Assembly: GCA_965208905.1 (NCBI GenBank)
Contig: OZ242365.1
Location: 1,984,001 to 2,048,000 of the forward strand
DNA: 64,000 bases
Reading direction: 5' to 3'
Source of the DNA: Nitrosopumilaceae archaeon
GTDB lineage: Archaea; Thermoproteota; Nitrososphaeria; Nitrososphaerales; Nitrosopumilaceae
The notes under the pieces are model-generated. The model saw nothing but the letters and a program-made list of their open reading frames with translations. It did no database searches and was not told the DNA's origin. The translations under genes and the position numbers were made by a program. Positions 8,951 through 19,009 of the stretch are shown here, piece by piece. How positions within the stretch are numbered: position 1 is the stretch's first letter; each line of letters starts with the position of its first letter.

Positions 8951-10504
8951 TTGAGAAATAACAGTCCAAGTAAATCGTTTGATGGTGGATTTTCTGGGAG
9001 GCTTGCAGGCAACAACGGCGAAGAGTTCAGTCTGGAGACATATCTGTTCGAATCTGCAAACATACTACGGGGGCACGTTGATGCCTCTGACTTTAAAGCA
9101 TACGTGTTTCCACTACTGTTCTACAAGCGGTTGTCAGATGTCTATGATGAGGAGTACCATATGGCACTGGAAGAGTCAGACAATGACAAAGAGTATGCCG
9201 CAATGGGGGTGAATCACCGCTTTCAGATACCAAATGGATTCCACTGGGCTGACCTGAGAAAGAAGACAAAAAACACTGGTCAGTTCCTACAGAAGGCACT
9301 TCGTTCAATAGAGAAGGCAAACCCAGACACGCTATACGGAGTGTTCGGTGATACGAACTGGGCAAACAGAGAAAAGGTGACAGACGAGCTGATGACGGAC
9401 CTAGTTGAGCATTTTTCTAGGGTAAACCTGTCAAACTCAAGGACGCAGCACCAGATGTTGGGTGATGCCTACGAGTATATGATAAAGAAATTTGCCGACC
9501 TGCAGAACAAAAAAGCAGGAGAGTTTTACACCCCTAGGACCGTTGTGACGCTGCTGACTCACATCTTGAATCCTAGCGATTCAGATACCGTGTATGATCC
9601 GGCCTGTGGTACGGGTGGGATGTTGCTTGAGACCGCCTCACAAGTAAAACAGAGTGGGCAGGACATCCGCAAGCTGAAACTATACGGGCAGGAGATGAAT
9701 CTGAACACGGCTGCGATCGCGCGGATAAACCTGCTCTTGCACGGACTGGACGACTTCACGATCGTACGTGGCGACACGTTGCGCCGCCCTGCCTTTGCCA
9801 GAGATGATCAGCTGAAAAGGTTTGATTGCGTTATTGCAAACCCCCCATTCTCCCTGAAAAACTGGGGTACCGAGGTCTGGAGAAATGACCCATACGGTAG
9901 AAAGTTTGCGGGACTGCCGCCGGACAGCTATGGTGACTTTGCGTGGGTCCAACACATGTTGTCATCCATGAGGGTGGGGACAGGAAGGGTCGGTGTTGTC
10001 CTGTCTAGCGGGGTACTGTTCAGGGGCGGCACAGAAAAGAAAATACGCCAGAGCATCATTGAGGAACACGACTATCTTGACGCGGTGATCCAGCTTGGCC
10101 CCAACATATTCTATGGCACTTCGATTGCACCGTGCATCATGGTATTCAGAGCCAAGAAGGCACTGCGTGAAAGAGACAACGTGTTTGTGGTCAACGCATC
10201 GGACATGTACGAGGCAGGACGCGCCCAGAACTACCTGAGGGCGGAGCACGTAAAAGAGATACATGATATATTTGAAAAAAGAAGGAACGTGCAGTACACA
10301 TCACAGATCGTATCGATCTCTGAGATTGCGGAAAACGACTGGAACCTCAACGTAAGCAGGTATGTCGAGCCTAGGCCGCTGAAGGAGTCCGTCCCTCTGC
10401 CGCAGGTCACCTCGGAACTGAAGGATGCCATAGGGAAATTTTTAGAGGCAGAAAAAAACCTCGCAAAAGCATTGAGAACGGAGGGACTATTGCATGGCAG
10501 ATAA
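8951..10504 (+). CDS. hsdM: type I R-M methyltransferase subunit 1 (NPPF, predicted m6A)
   Basis: GEFYTPR, YDPACGTGGML, ANPPFS, GVLFRG. Confidence 0.95.
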   Translation: MRNNSPSKSFDGGFSGRLAGNNGEEFSLETYLFESANILRGHVDASDFKAYVFPLLFYKRLSDVYDEEYHMALEESDNDKEYAAMGVNHRFQIPNGFHWADLRKKTKNTGQFLQKALRSIEKANPDTLYGVFGDTNWANREKVTDELMTDLVEHFSRVNLSNSRTQHQMLGDAYEYMIKKFADLQNKKAGEFYTPRTVVTLLTHILNPSDSDTVYDPACGTGGMLLETASQVKQSGQDIRKLKLYGQEMNLNTAAIARINLLLHGLDDFTIVRGDTLRRPAFARDDQLKRFDCVIANPPFSLKNWGTEVWRNDPYGRKFAGLPPDSYGDFAWVQHMLSSMRVGTGRVGVVLSSGVLFRGGTEKKIRQSIIEEHDYLDAVIQLGPNIFYGTSIAPCIMVFRAKKALRERDNVFVVNASDMYEAGRAQNYLRAEHVKEIHDIFEKRRNVQYTSQIVSISEIAENDWNLNVSRYVEPRPLKESVPLPQVTSELKDAIGKFLEAEKNLAKALRTEGLLHGR

Positions 10505-11963
10505 GATGACGCTGCAGGAGATGGAGTCACACCTATGGAAATCTGCAAACTTTCTGAGAAACAGAATAGACGCGGGAGACTACAAGTCGTACATCTTTCC
10601 CCTGCTGTTTTACAAGAGAATATGTGATGTGTATGACGAGGAGTATCGGCAGGCCCTTGAAGAGTCTGACGGGGACGCAGAGTATGCTGCATTGGGGGTA
10701 AACCACAGGTTTCAGGTGCCAGTCAAAGCACACTGGGACGAGATGCGCAAGGCCGCTAAAGACGTGGGCCTGAAGATAACAGCATCTATGAGGACAATTG
10801 AGAAGGCAAACCCAGACATGTTGTACGGGATCTTTGGGGATGCTAACTGGGGCAACAAGGACAGGTTGTCTGATGAGACGCTGGTGAATCTGGTAGAGCA
10901 CTTTTCAAGACTCGACTTCTCAAACGAGGCGGTCCCAGACGACCTAATGGGAACGGCATACGAATATCTGATAAGAGAGTTTGCCGACGACAGTGGCCAC
11001 ACGGCAGCCGAGTTTTACACCAATAGAACAGTCGTTACCCTTATGACAGAACTGCTGGATCCGCAGCCAGGCGAGTCGATATATGATCCTACCTGTGGTA
11101 CGGGGGGGATGTTGTTAGAATGCATTAACCATCTAAAGAGACAGAACAAGGAGTACCGTAGTATTAGACTGTTCGGACAGGAAAAAAATATTATGACCTC
11201 CACTATTGCGCGGATGAATATGTTATTACACGGGTTTGAGGATGCCCAGATAAGGCGCGGGGACACGCTATCAGAGCCTATGTTTCTTGAGAACGACAAA
11301 CTGCAACAGTTTGATGTCATACTGGCTAATCCACCATATTCAGTGAATCACTGGAATAAGAATATGTTTTCAAGGGATCCGTTTGGAAGGAATATTTACG
11401 GATCTCCGCCAACAGCAAGAGCTGATTACGCATTTATACAACACATAGTGATGTCACAAAGCAAAACTGGCCGGTCTTCTGTGTTGCTACCGCACGGAGT
11501 GTTGTTCAGGGACGAGGAGGCGCACATACGAGAAAAACTGATCAAGGACGACAAGCTGGAGGCGGTTGTGGGACTGCCACCAGACATGTTTTATAACTCA
11601 GTTATGGAATCCTGTATTATGATCTTCAACTCTAACAAAAACGTATATCGGAAAAACAAAGTTCAATTCATCAATGCAGTAGAGCACTTTGAAAGAATAG
11701 AGAACAAGAATTTTTTAAACAAAACACACATTGAAAAAATTAGAGATGTTTTTGTACGATACAAAAGTATTAGAGGTTTTTCACGAATTGTGGACTCATC
11801 AGAGATTGCTACAAACAACTATTGGCTGAACATACCAACGTATGTAACGCCTATTGCCACAACAAGGGCACCACCCCTCAGGATACTTGTAAAGGAGTGG
11901 CTACAAAGCTCCGATTTCATGAGAGACTCCCTTGCAAAACTTGATGGAGAAATAAAGCCTTGA
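10494..11963 (+). CDS. hsdM: type I R-M methyltransferase subunit 2 (NPPY, predicted m4C)
   Basis: AEFYTNR, YDPTCGTGGML, ANPPYS, HGVLFR; paralogous to the upstream hsdM. Confidence 0.95.
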   Translation: MADKMTLQEMESHLWKSANFLRNRIDAGDYKSYIFPLLFYKRICDVYDEEYRQALEESDGDAEYAALGVNHRFQVPVKAHWDEMRKAAKDVGLKITASMRTIEKANPDMLYGIFGDANWGNKDRLSDETLVNLVEHFSRLDFSNEAVPDDLMGTAYEYLIREFADDSGHTAAEFYTNRTVVTLMTELLDPQPGESIYDPTCGTGGMLLECINHLKRQNKEYRSIRLFGQEKNIMTSTIARMNMLLHGFEDAQIRRGDTLSEPMFLENDKLQQFDVILANPPYSVNHWNKNMFSRDPFGRNIYGSPPTARADYAFIQHIVMSQSKTGRSSVLLPHGVLFRDEEAHIREKLIKDDKLEAVVGLPPDMFYNSVMESCIMIFNSNKNVYRKNKVQFINAVEHFERIENKNFLNKTHIEKIRDVFVRYKSIRGFSRIVDSSEIATNNYWLNIPTYVTPIATTRAPPLRILVKEWLQSSDFMRDSLAKLDGEIKP

Positions 11964-13120
11964 AATCCACCTTATATCAAAAAGTCAAATTTAAAGAGTT
12001 GTGCGCCAATGTCACACAAAGAATAGATAATCCAAGGAATGCTAAAACTGATTACTATGTGGGACTTGAACACTTGGACTCTGAAGAGCCTCGAATCCTA
12101 CGTCACGGTAACACAAGAGATGTAAATGCAGCAAAGCTTTGGTTTGAAAATGGCGATATATTATTTGGTAGAAGAAGGTGGTATCTGAGAAAGATTGCTG
12201 TAGCCGATGGACGGGATGGAATATGTTCTACAGACATACTTGTACTTAGGCCCAAATATCAAAAAATTACAAAGGGGTTTTTACAAATTCTAATGCTGAG
12301 TGATGAGTTTTACAGAAAGGGACTGTCAATTTCGGCAGGTTCAATGTCTCCTAGAATACGGTGGAAGGAACTTGCAGAGATCTATGTCTTTATTCCATCA
12401 ATTCCAGAGCAGGAAAAAATAGTTGGTATGATCTCACGGGTTGATGACGCCATTGCAAAGACGCAGCATCTTTTAAGCAAACTAAAGAATTACAAAGAAT
12501 CTAAATCCGATGTTCTCCTTACTAGGGGAATTGGTCATAAGAGGTTCAAGAAGGTGAAGTGGCTCTTTGGGAAGGAGATTGAGATTCCAGAAGAGTGGAG
12601 ATCAACAAAGTTTGGGTCACATGTTAAAATGGCATATGGTTTTAGCCTACCAGAAAAAAAACGTGACAAACAAGGCAGTCCTGTCTATGGGTCTGGGGGA
12701 ATAATTGGTTTTTATTCAAAACCTATTGTTGAACATCCTGCAGTAATTGTACCACGAAAAGGTTCGCTAGAAAATGTGTTTTACGAAGCCAATGCTTTTT
12801 TTCCTATTGATACTGTTTATTTTATTACCAAAAACGAAACAACACTTGATCTACAATTTCTTTTTTATTACATTAAAAACATGAGATTAAAAAACTTCGC
12901 AATTGTTACTTCTAATCCTGGAATAAACAGAGATGATGTTTATTCGCTTCCAATACTTATTCTTCCCTTGTCAGAACAGCAAAAAATCGCATCAATTCTG
13001 TCAGAAATTGATGTCACCATTAAAGATGCAAACGATCACCTTTCAAATCTCAAGGCAATGAGAAAGGGCATTATCAACGAAAAGCTCACGCCGCCAAAAA
13101 GGGAGACCAAAGTTGTTTAA
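11960..13120 (+). CDS. hsdS: type I R-M specificity subunit
   Basis: Two TRDs with conserved IPSIPEQEKIV / LPLSEQQKIASIL helices and IPEEW. Confidence 0.95.
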   Translation: MKSTLYQKVKFKELCANVTQRIDNPRNAKTDYYVGLEHLDSEEPRILRHGNTRDVNAAKLWFENGDILFGRRRWYLRKIAVADGRDGICSTDILVLRPKYQKITKGFLQILMLSDEFYRKGLSISAGSMSPRIRWKELAEIYVFIPSIPEQEKIVGMISRVDDAIAKTQHLLSKLKNYKESKSDVLLTRGIGHKRFKKVKWLFGKEIEIPEEWRSTKFGSHVKMAYGFSLPEKKRDKQGSPVYGSGGIIGFYSKPIVEHPAVIVPRKGSLENVFYEANAFFPIDTVYFITKNETTLDLQFLFYYIKNMRLKNFAIVTSNPGINRDDVYSLPILILPLSEQQKIASILSEIDVTIKDANDHLSNLKAMRKGIINEKLTPPKRETKVV

Positions 13121-16004
13121 TGAAAAAAACACTGTTGAAGATATGGTCTGTGATGTCCTATCGCAAGATCTTGGGTGGAGGTTTGTAACCGGGAGTGACC
13201 TAGAAAGGAGCACGACTGACGTTCTTGTGGAATCGACACTGTCCAAAAAGATAAGAGATCTCAACGAGGAGGTTCGACAGGTATCGGACAGGGCAGACGA
13301 GATCATTTACAAGCTCAACTCCATAATCCACTCTGCCAGAGATGTCGGGGTGGTGAGAGCAAACGAGGAGTTTACCAAGTGGCTCAGGGGGGAACGGTCA
13401 ATGCCGTATGGTAGAGAAGGTCAGCACATCCCCATAAGGCTGATTGATTTTGATAATCCGGAAAACAATGATTATGTAGTGACACGCCAATATTCATTCA
13501 AGTCAAGGGCATCCAAGAGGTCCGACATCATGCTGCTGGTCAACGGTATACCGCTTGTCATGATCGAGGCCAAGACACCCGTGAGGTATGGTGTGTCGTG
13601 GGCGGACGGCGCGCTACAGATTGTAGACGAGTACGAACCTGCGATCCCGGAACTGTTCGTGCCAAACGTGTTCTCGGCGGCAACGGAGGGAAAGGAGCTG
13701 CAGTATGGGGCCGTGGGCGCAGCAGTGGAGGAGTTCTGGTCACCATGGAGGAAAAGGGACCACAAAAAAGGCAACATCATGCTGATCCAAGACACCGTAA
13801 AATCGCTGTTTGGTATAAAGACTGTACTTGAGATGCTGCAGCACTATACACTGTTTGCTACGAACCAGAAGGGCAGAAAGATCAAGATCATAGCAAGATA
13901 TCCGCAGTATGAAGCAGTGAACCTAATAGTGCAGAGAGTCTTGGAGGGCAGTATAAAGCGCGGCCTGATCTGGCACTTTCAGGGCTCTGGTAAGTCACTG
14001 CTAATGGTGTTTGCTGCGCTGCGGCTCAGATTTCACAGAGACCTGTCCGGCCCCACAGTGCTGGTGGTAGTGGACAGGATTGACCTTGGTGCGCAGATAG
14101 GCGGCACCTTCACGGCATCCAATGTGCCAAACACAATAAGCACTGACTCGAGGTCCAAACTACGGCAGCTTCTCCAAGACGACACGCGAAAGGTCATACT
14201 CACCACAATTCACAAGTTCGGCGACACCGACAAGATGCTCAACGACAGATCTGACATCATAGTGTTTGTAGATGAGGCCCACCGCACGCAGGAAGGCGAA
14301 CTTGGGATCAAGATGCGCAACGCGCTGCCAAACGCATTCCTGTTTGGTATGACGGGAACACCCATCAACAAGCGGGACAGGAATACGTTTGCGGCATTTG
14401 GAGCAGAACAGGACGAACACGGATATCTCCACAAATACTCCTTTGAAGAATCTGTCAACGACGGTGCCACACTACCCATCAACTTTGAGACCAAGAGCGT
14501 AAACCTCAAGATCGATAGAGTGGAGATAGACCGGATATTTGCCCAGATAACAGACGGCACCACCGAGGAGGATCAGGCCATACTGGCACAGAAGGTAGGA
14601 CAAATTCCACGTCTCATAAAGGACAAGGATCGCATAAACGATATTGCCCGTGACATTGCCAAACATTTCAAGGATGTGGTGGAACCGGAGGGTCTCAAAG
14701 GCCAGATTGTGGTGTATGATAGGGAATCGTGCGTGCTATACAAGGAGGCGCTGGACAAAGTGATGCCGCCAGAAGAGTCTGCCGTGGTAATGACCATCCA
14801 GAACTACGATCCACAGTCCTGGAAGAAGAGATTCAGCCTGTCCGATGACGAGTTTGATGCACTACTGCTCAGATACAGGAACCCAGACAACCCGCTCAAG
14901 CTGCTGATAGTCACAAACAGACTTCTTGCAGGCTTTGATGCCCCCATAAACCAGGCAATGTATCTGGACAAGCCGATGAGGGATCACGGTCTTCTTCAGG
15001 CAATATGTAGAACCAACAGGCCCTACATCAACAAGTCGCACGGTCTGGTGGTAGACTATATCGGGGTGTTTGATGATGTGGTAAAATCACTGAACTTTGA
15101 TCACAAGGGAGTGGACAGAGTAGTCTCAAACCTCAACCAGCTTGAACAGGATCTTCCAGAGAAGATCAACAACTGCCTGAAATATTTTCCGATAGACAGG
15201 AAGTCCGGCTATCAGGGGCTTGCAGAGGCGCAGATACGCCTTGATGAATCTAATACTCAGGATAAGTTTGCAGCAGACTATTCTGTCTTGGCAAGGTACT
15301 GGGAGACGCTAAGCCCCAGGATAAGCACACTGCAGTATGTGAAGGACTACAAATGGCTCTCGTCTATATACGAGTCCATCCAGCCACCTACAGGACATGG
15401 TAAGCTGATCTGGAATAGGCTGGGCGCCAAGACAATTAAAATGATCCAGGACCACATCAAGGTGCTGGATATCGATAATGACCTTGAGACCTTGGTTATA
15501 AGTCCCGACATACTAGAATCTGCCAAACATGACATTACACGACAAAAGCCCAAACAGGTCGAGCTGAAGATAGCCAGGAGGCTAAAAAGGCACCCACATG
15601 ATCCCGTATTCATCAAACTAGGTGAAAGGCTGGAGAAGGCCCGTGAGCAGTATGTCAAGAGGATCATAAACAGCGTACAGTACCTCAAGACACTGCTGAA
15701 GATAGCCAGGGAAGTGGTTGTAGAAGAGAACAAGGACAAAGGAAAACAGAAGAGTGATAACAAGCAGGCCCTGACCAGGATATTTGAACAGCAAAATCTC
15801 CCCACCAAACCGGTGATGATTAAAAAGATTGTAGCAGACATAGACGACATTGTAAAGAAGGTGCGCTTTGAGGGGTGGCAGCATACCATAACAGGAGAAC
15901 GTCAGGTGAAGCAGGAGATCACTAGAGTACTACTGCGGTACAGGCTTCACAAGGACGAGGATCTGTTCTCCAAAATTTACGGATACATAAGGGAGCACTA
16001 TTGA
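13113..16004 (+). CDS. hsdR: type I R-M restriction subunit
   Basis: SDIMLLVNGIPLVMIEAK nuclease motif, WHFQGSGKS, DEAHR, GMTGTP, GFDAP, QAICRTNR. Confidence 0.96.
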   Translation: MFNEKNTVEDMVCDVLSQDLGWRFVTGSDLERSTTDVLVESTLSKKIRDLNEEVRQVSDRADEIIYKLNSIIHSARDVGVVRANEEFTKWLRGERSMPYGREGQHIPIRLIDFDNPENNDYVVTRQYSFKSRASKRSDIMLLVNGIPLVMIEAKTPVRYGVSWADGALQIVDEYEPAIPELFVPNVFSAATEGKELQYGAVGAAVEEFWSPWRKRDHKKGNIMLIQDTVKSLFGIKTVLEMLQHYTLFATNQKGRKIKIIARYPQYEAVNLIVQRVLEGSIKRGLIWHFQGSGKSLLMVFAALRLRFHRDLSGPTVLVVVDRIDLGAQIGGTFTASNVPNTISTDSRSKLRQLLQDDTRKVILTTIHKFGDTDKMLNDRSDIIVFVDEAHRTQEGELGIKMRNALPNAFLFGMTGTPINKRDRNTFAAFGAEQDEHGYLHKYSFEESVNDGATLPINFETKSVNLKIDRVEIDRIFAQITDGTTEEDQAILAQKVGQIPRLIKDKDRINDIARDIAKHFKDVVEPEGLKGQIVVYDRESCVLYKEALDKVMPPEESAVVMTIQNYDPQSWKKRFSLSDDEFDALLLRYRNPDNPLKLLIVTNRLLAGFDAPINQAMYLDKPMRDHGLLQAICRTNRPYINKSHGLVVDYIGVFDDVVKSLNFDHKGVDRVVSNLNQLEQDLPEKINNCLKYFPIDRKSGYQGLAEAQIRLDESNTQDKFAADYSVLARYWETLSPRISTLQYVKDYKWLSSIYESIQPPTGHGKLIWNRLGAKTIKMIQDHIKVLDIDNDLETLVISPDILESAKHDITRQKPKQVELKIARRLKRHPHDPVFIKLGERLEKAREQYVKRIINSVQYLKTLLKIAREVVVEENKDKGKQKSDNKQALTRIFEQQNLPTKPVMIKKIVADIDDIVKKVRFEGWQHTITGERQVKQEITRVLLRYRLHKDEDLFSKIYGYIREHY

Positions 16005-16175
16005 TAGGCTCTGCTGTGATCGCGGTTGCTCTTTTCTATGTGCTCCCTACACACGATGGACTTGGGTGTGTATGGTCATGAAAATTCTCATGCGGAGATT
16101 CACACTAGACGGCCACGTGGAGGTTGTCCACGGTTACATCTCGCATATTATATCATATCTACCCCATTAGTGTCC

Positions 16176-16340
16176 GGTTCCCCGTCCAAAGTTGGGTGAT
16201 GGTTGTCTGGTGCGGATCTGGCCAAGGGATATTTGCAGTATCCGACAGACTGCTTGGGACGGCCCTTGGCGGCGTGGCTTGCCACATGGAGCCAGAGTAA
16301 GCTAGAGCGGCTTCATCACCCAAGTTTGTACAAAGAAACC
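16176..16340. repeat. MITE-like palindromic element (165 bp) with degenerate IS6-like terminal inverted repeats
   Basis: Left end GGTTCCCCGTCCAAAGTTGGGTGATG vs right-end reverse complement GGTTTCTTTGTACAAACTTGGGTGATG; internal IR GCCAAGGG/CCCTTGGC. Confidence 0.6.
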
Positions 16341-16381
16341 AAAGCTATAATGCTTATTACGACAATATCCTGTTAGATATT

Positions 16382-16783
16382 ATGATTATGCGATGGTATT
16401 CTGCTCATAGTATCCTTCAATTGAGAAACGTCCGTATGCCAATGGTGGCTATGGCGCTGGTGAGTGCGTTAATTTTTCTGGGTGGAGCCTTGCCAAGCAG
16501 TGAAGCATCCAACCAGCCTTCAGCTCCGCAGAAGATGATCGTGGACGAGGCCAAAGGCGTTGGGTTTGATGCATCATGGGGAGTAGTTGAGAGACTAGGC
16601 GAGAGGGCAGAAGCTAACAACTGCAAAGACCCCAATGCGGACTGGTGCCAACCTACCAAAAACACCAACAGTATAGTTGGTTTCGTCTGGGTTGTGTTTG
16701 GCATACTGTTGTTCATATCTACCATAGCTGGCGTGGTCACATATCTGCTTAAGTCTGATATTCTCGATTCAATCCTTCGGTAG
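16382..16783 (+). CDS. hypothetical membrane protein (signal peptide plus C-terminal TM helix)
   Basis: Two hydrophobic segments; start codon uncertain. Confidence 0.55.
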   Translation: MIMRWYSAHSILQLRNVRMPMVAMALVSALIFLGGALPSSEASNQPSAPQKMIVDEAKGVGFDASWGVVERLGERAEANNCKDPNADWCQPTKNTNSIVGFVWVVFGILLFISTIAGVVTYLLKSDILDSILR

Positions 16784-17756
16784 GATTCTATGAACGGCAG
16801 ACTCGGTAGCAATACAGTCAAAGTCACTGAGATATACCAACAAATTACCACTTACATAGAAGAATACATGTCAGGAGGAGCGTTTTTGGCTAAGATAAGG
16901 TCCAGTACTATCTAGGACGACTGGTAAGTGTCGGTGTTGCCGCTTACGCGGGGATGGCCAGCTGGCCGTGACGGTCATACAGACCAAAAAAATGCCATAT
17001 CCTACACCAACATCCTAACCCCATGTCCAACGACATAAACAGATGGGATCACAACTTGGACTAGCAAGGTAGCCAAGACTACACCAGAACAGAAATCTCA
17101 TCTCGTGTAGGTTGTCCAGACCCTGATAGGGGTTCTAGGATAGACAGGTTGTCGGATTCGCAGGACAGTTACTCCAACATTCAGACCTCCGGTACCGTTG
17201 TTGCCATCACCAACCCAACGAATCAATCCCCAACAGCCCCACCACATGTCTTACCATCAACCGCCACAGAACCGTCGGGCACGGCTCTGGCTGATTGTCG
17301 GTCAGTTGCATGACATGGCGCCGCAAAAAAACGAATGGGTTGGAAATGATGCTCTGTTCACCAACCTCTCCCCCTCCAAGGTCCAGACCAGATAATAGTC
17401 GTGTAAAAAATAGAAGAGGTAGGAATATTGTAAGCGTTCCAATCGCTTCTGCCGTCACAAGACCCGCACCCACTGTGGGTTGCAATCCCTCCATACCCGC
17501 TCTCACAGTGGGTCTGGGTTCCTTCGCTCCAACACCACCCTGTAGTTGGACAATGTGTCAACGAACCTGCATCCCATACCGAAAGCCGCTCTCCCTGCTC
17601 GGCATCTACCACCAGCTGACTGCCACTTGGCTCATCTTACCGGTAGGGGTCGGACTAATGTTTCGGATAAGACCTGAATGGATCGTCTCAATAGCAATAG
17701 TGATTCTTTCAGTCGGCCATGTCGGCGATGGCAAGCGCTGTCCGGCCCGGCATGCA

Positions 17757-18995
17757 GAACTTTGTGTCATAACTATTCTTGAATACCACCACATTGATCA
17801 AAACACATATAGCTCCCATCATTAAGCCATCTATTTTATGGTAAAAACTGACAACCATACAGTACGTCAAGCGTGGGGCAGACATGTTCATAGAATATAA
17901 CCCCGAGTGGAAGTGTGAGGCCAACCATGCCAACAAGGGAAAGGTGGTGCTCCGTACCAATATTCGGAGACATTGATTATGCTAACTGCTGCCCTCAGGG
18001 TCGGGATTGGAGTCCGGTACAAGCAACTTGAGGGCATCGTCGGAAAGATGATTGGAGAATCCAACACACCTTCCTTTAGCCATATACGTAAACGGATAGG
18101 CATGCTTGATGTGAATATAAATCAGAATGAAATGATAACAGTGTCAAACAAAAAACGTTCTCGTATACTGGCAGTCGATGCAACAGGGCTCAAGCAACAC
18201 AATAGGGGAGAGCAGATGAGCAAAAAGTGGAAGGTAAAACGTGGTTTTATAAAGATGCACGCGATGGTTGACACTCAAACCACGAAGATAGTCGCCATAT
18301 CCATTACAGACGAGTCAGTAGGCGATATTACTGAATTATACATCATTGTTAGGGCAGAGTGTTGATACAGGCTGCATATCCGATAATTATGAGATGTCAT
18401 GCCAGTCTAGAAAGCAAGAAATCCCATCTGATATGCCCAGATACAAAAATCCACTCGTATCGGATACACCACCTCCTGCAGATACCACATCGGCCCGTTC
18501 AGATGATGGTTCAGAGATGCCCACTATTATGTATGGGGATGCCGCATACGACTCAAGGGCCAACATTGCTGTATGTGAGTGTGCAGGGGTAGTTCCAGAT
18601 ATACACTACACAAGATAAACGTGATGTCGCGTAGCAAGGGGTTTGGCGCTGCATAGGGCATATCTGTAAGGGACCAACTGGGAGGCAGTACCAAGGCTGC
18701 ACGGCTAGACCTGTTAAGCCAAGAAGAGAAGAGAGAGAATCAGGTGTACTGGAAGGCCAAGATTGGATACCGCATGAGATGGGTTGTGGAGGATGTATTT
18801 TCTGTATTGAAACGTGTGTTTGGTGAACATATTCTCGCCCTCAAATGGGAGAATATCGTACATGAGATACAGCTCAAGATATCTCTATACAACAGATGGC
18901 TGGATGAATCGCTATATCGGGAGTCAAAGTGTAACATATAACTCTACATGAGCAGAATCCGATTTACATGTGAATAGAATTATGACGCAGAGTTC
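17757..18995 (+). mobile_element. IS5-family insertion sequence with decayed transposase
   Basis: Imperfect TIRs GAACTTTGTGTCATAA (17757-17772) and reverse complement GAACTCTGCGTCATAA (18980-18995); fragments GAPYQYS, LAVDATG, FIKMHAMVD, YGDAAYDS, GYRMRWVVEDVFSVLKR broken by stops and frameshifts. Confidence 0.9.
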
Positions 18996-19009
18996 CTGCT
19001 GACCAAGTA

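Noticed and set aside
17198-17825. Overlapping short ORFs left of the IS5
   Set aside because: No coherent protein in any frame; probably gene debris, too degraded to call.
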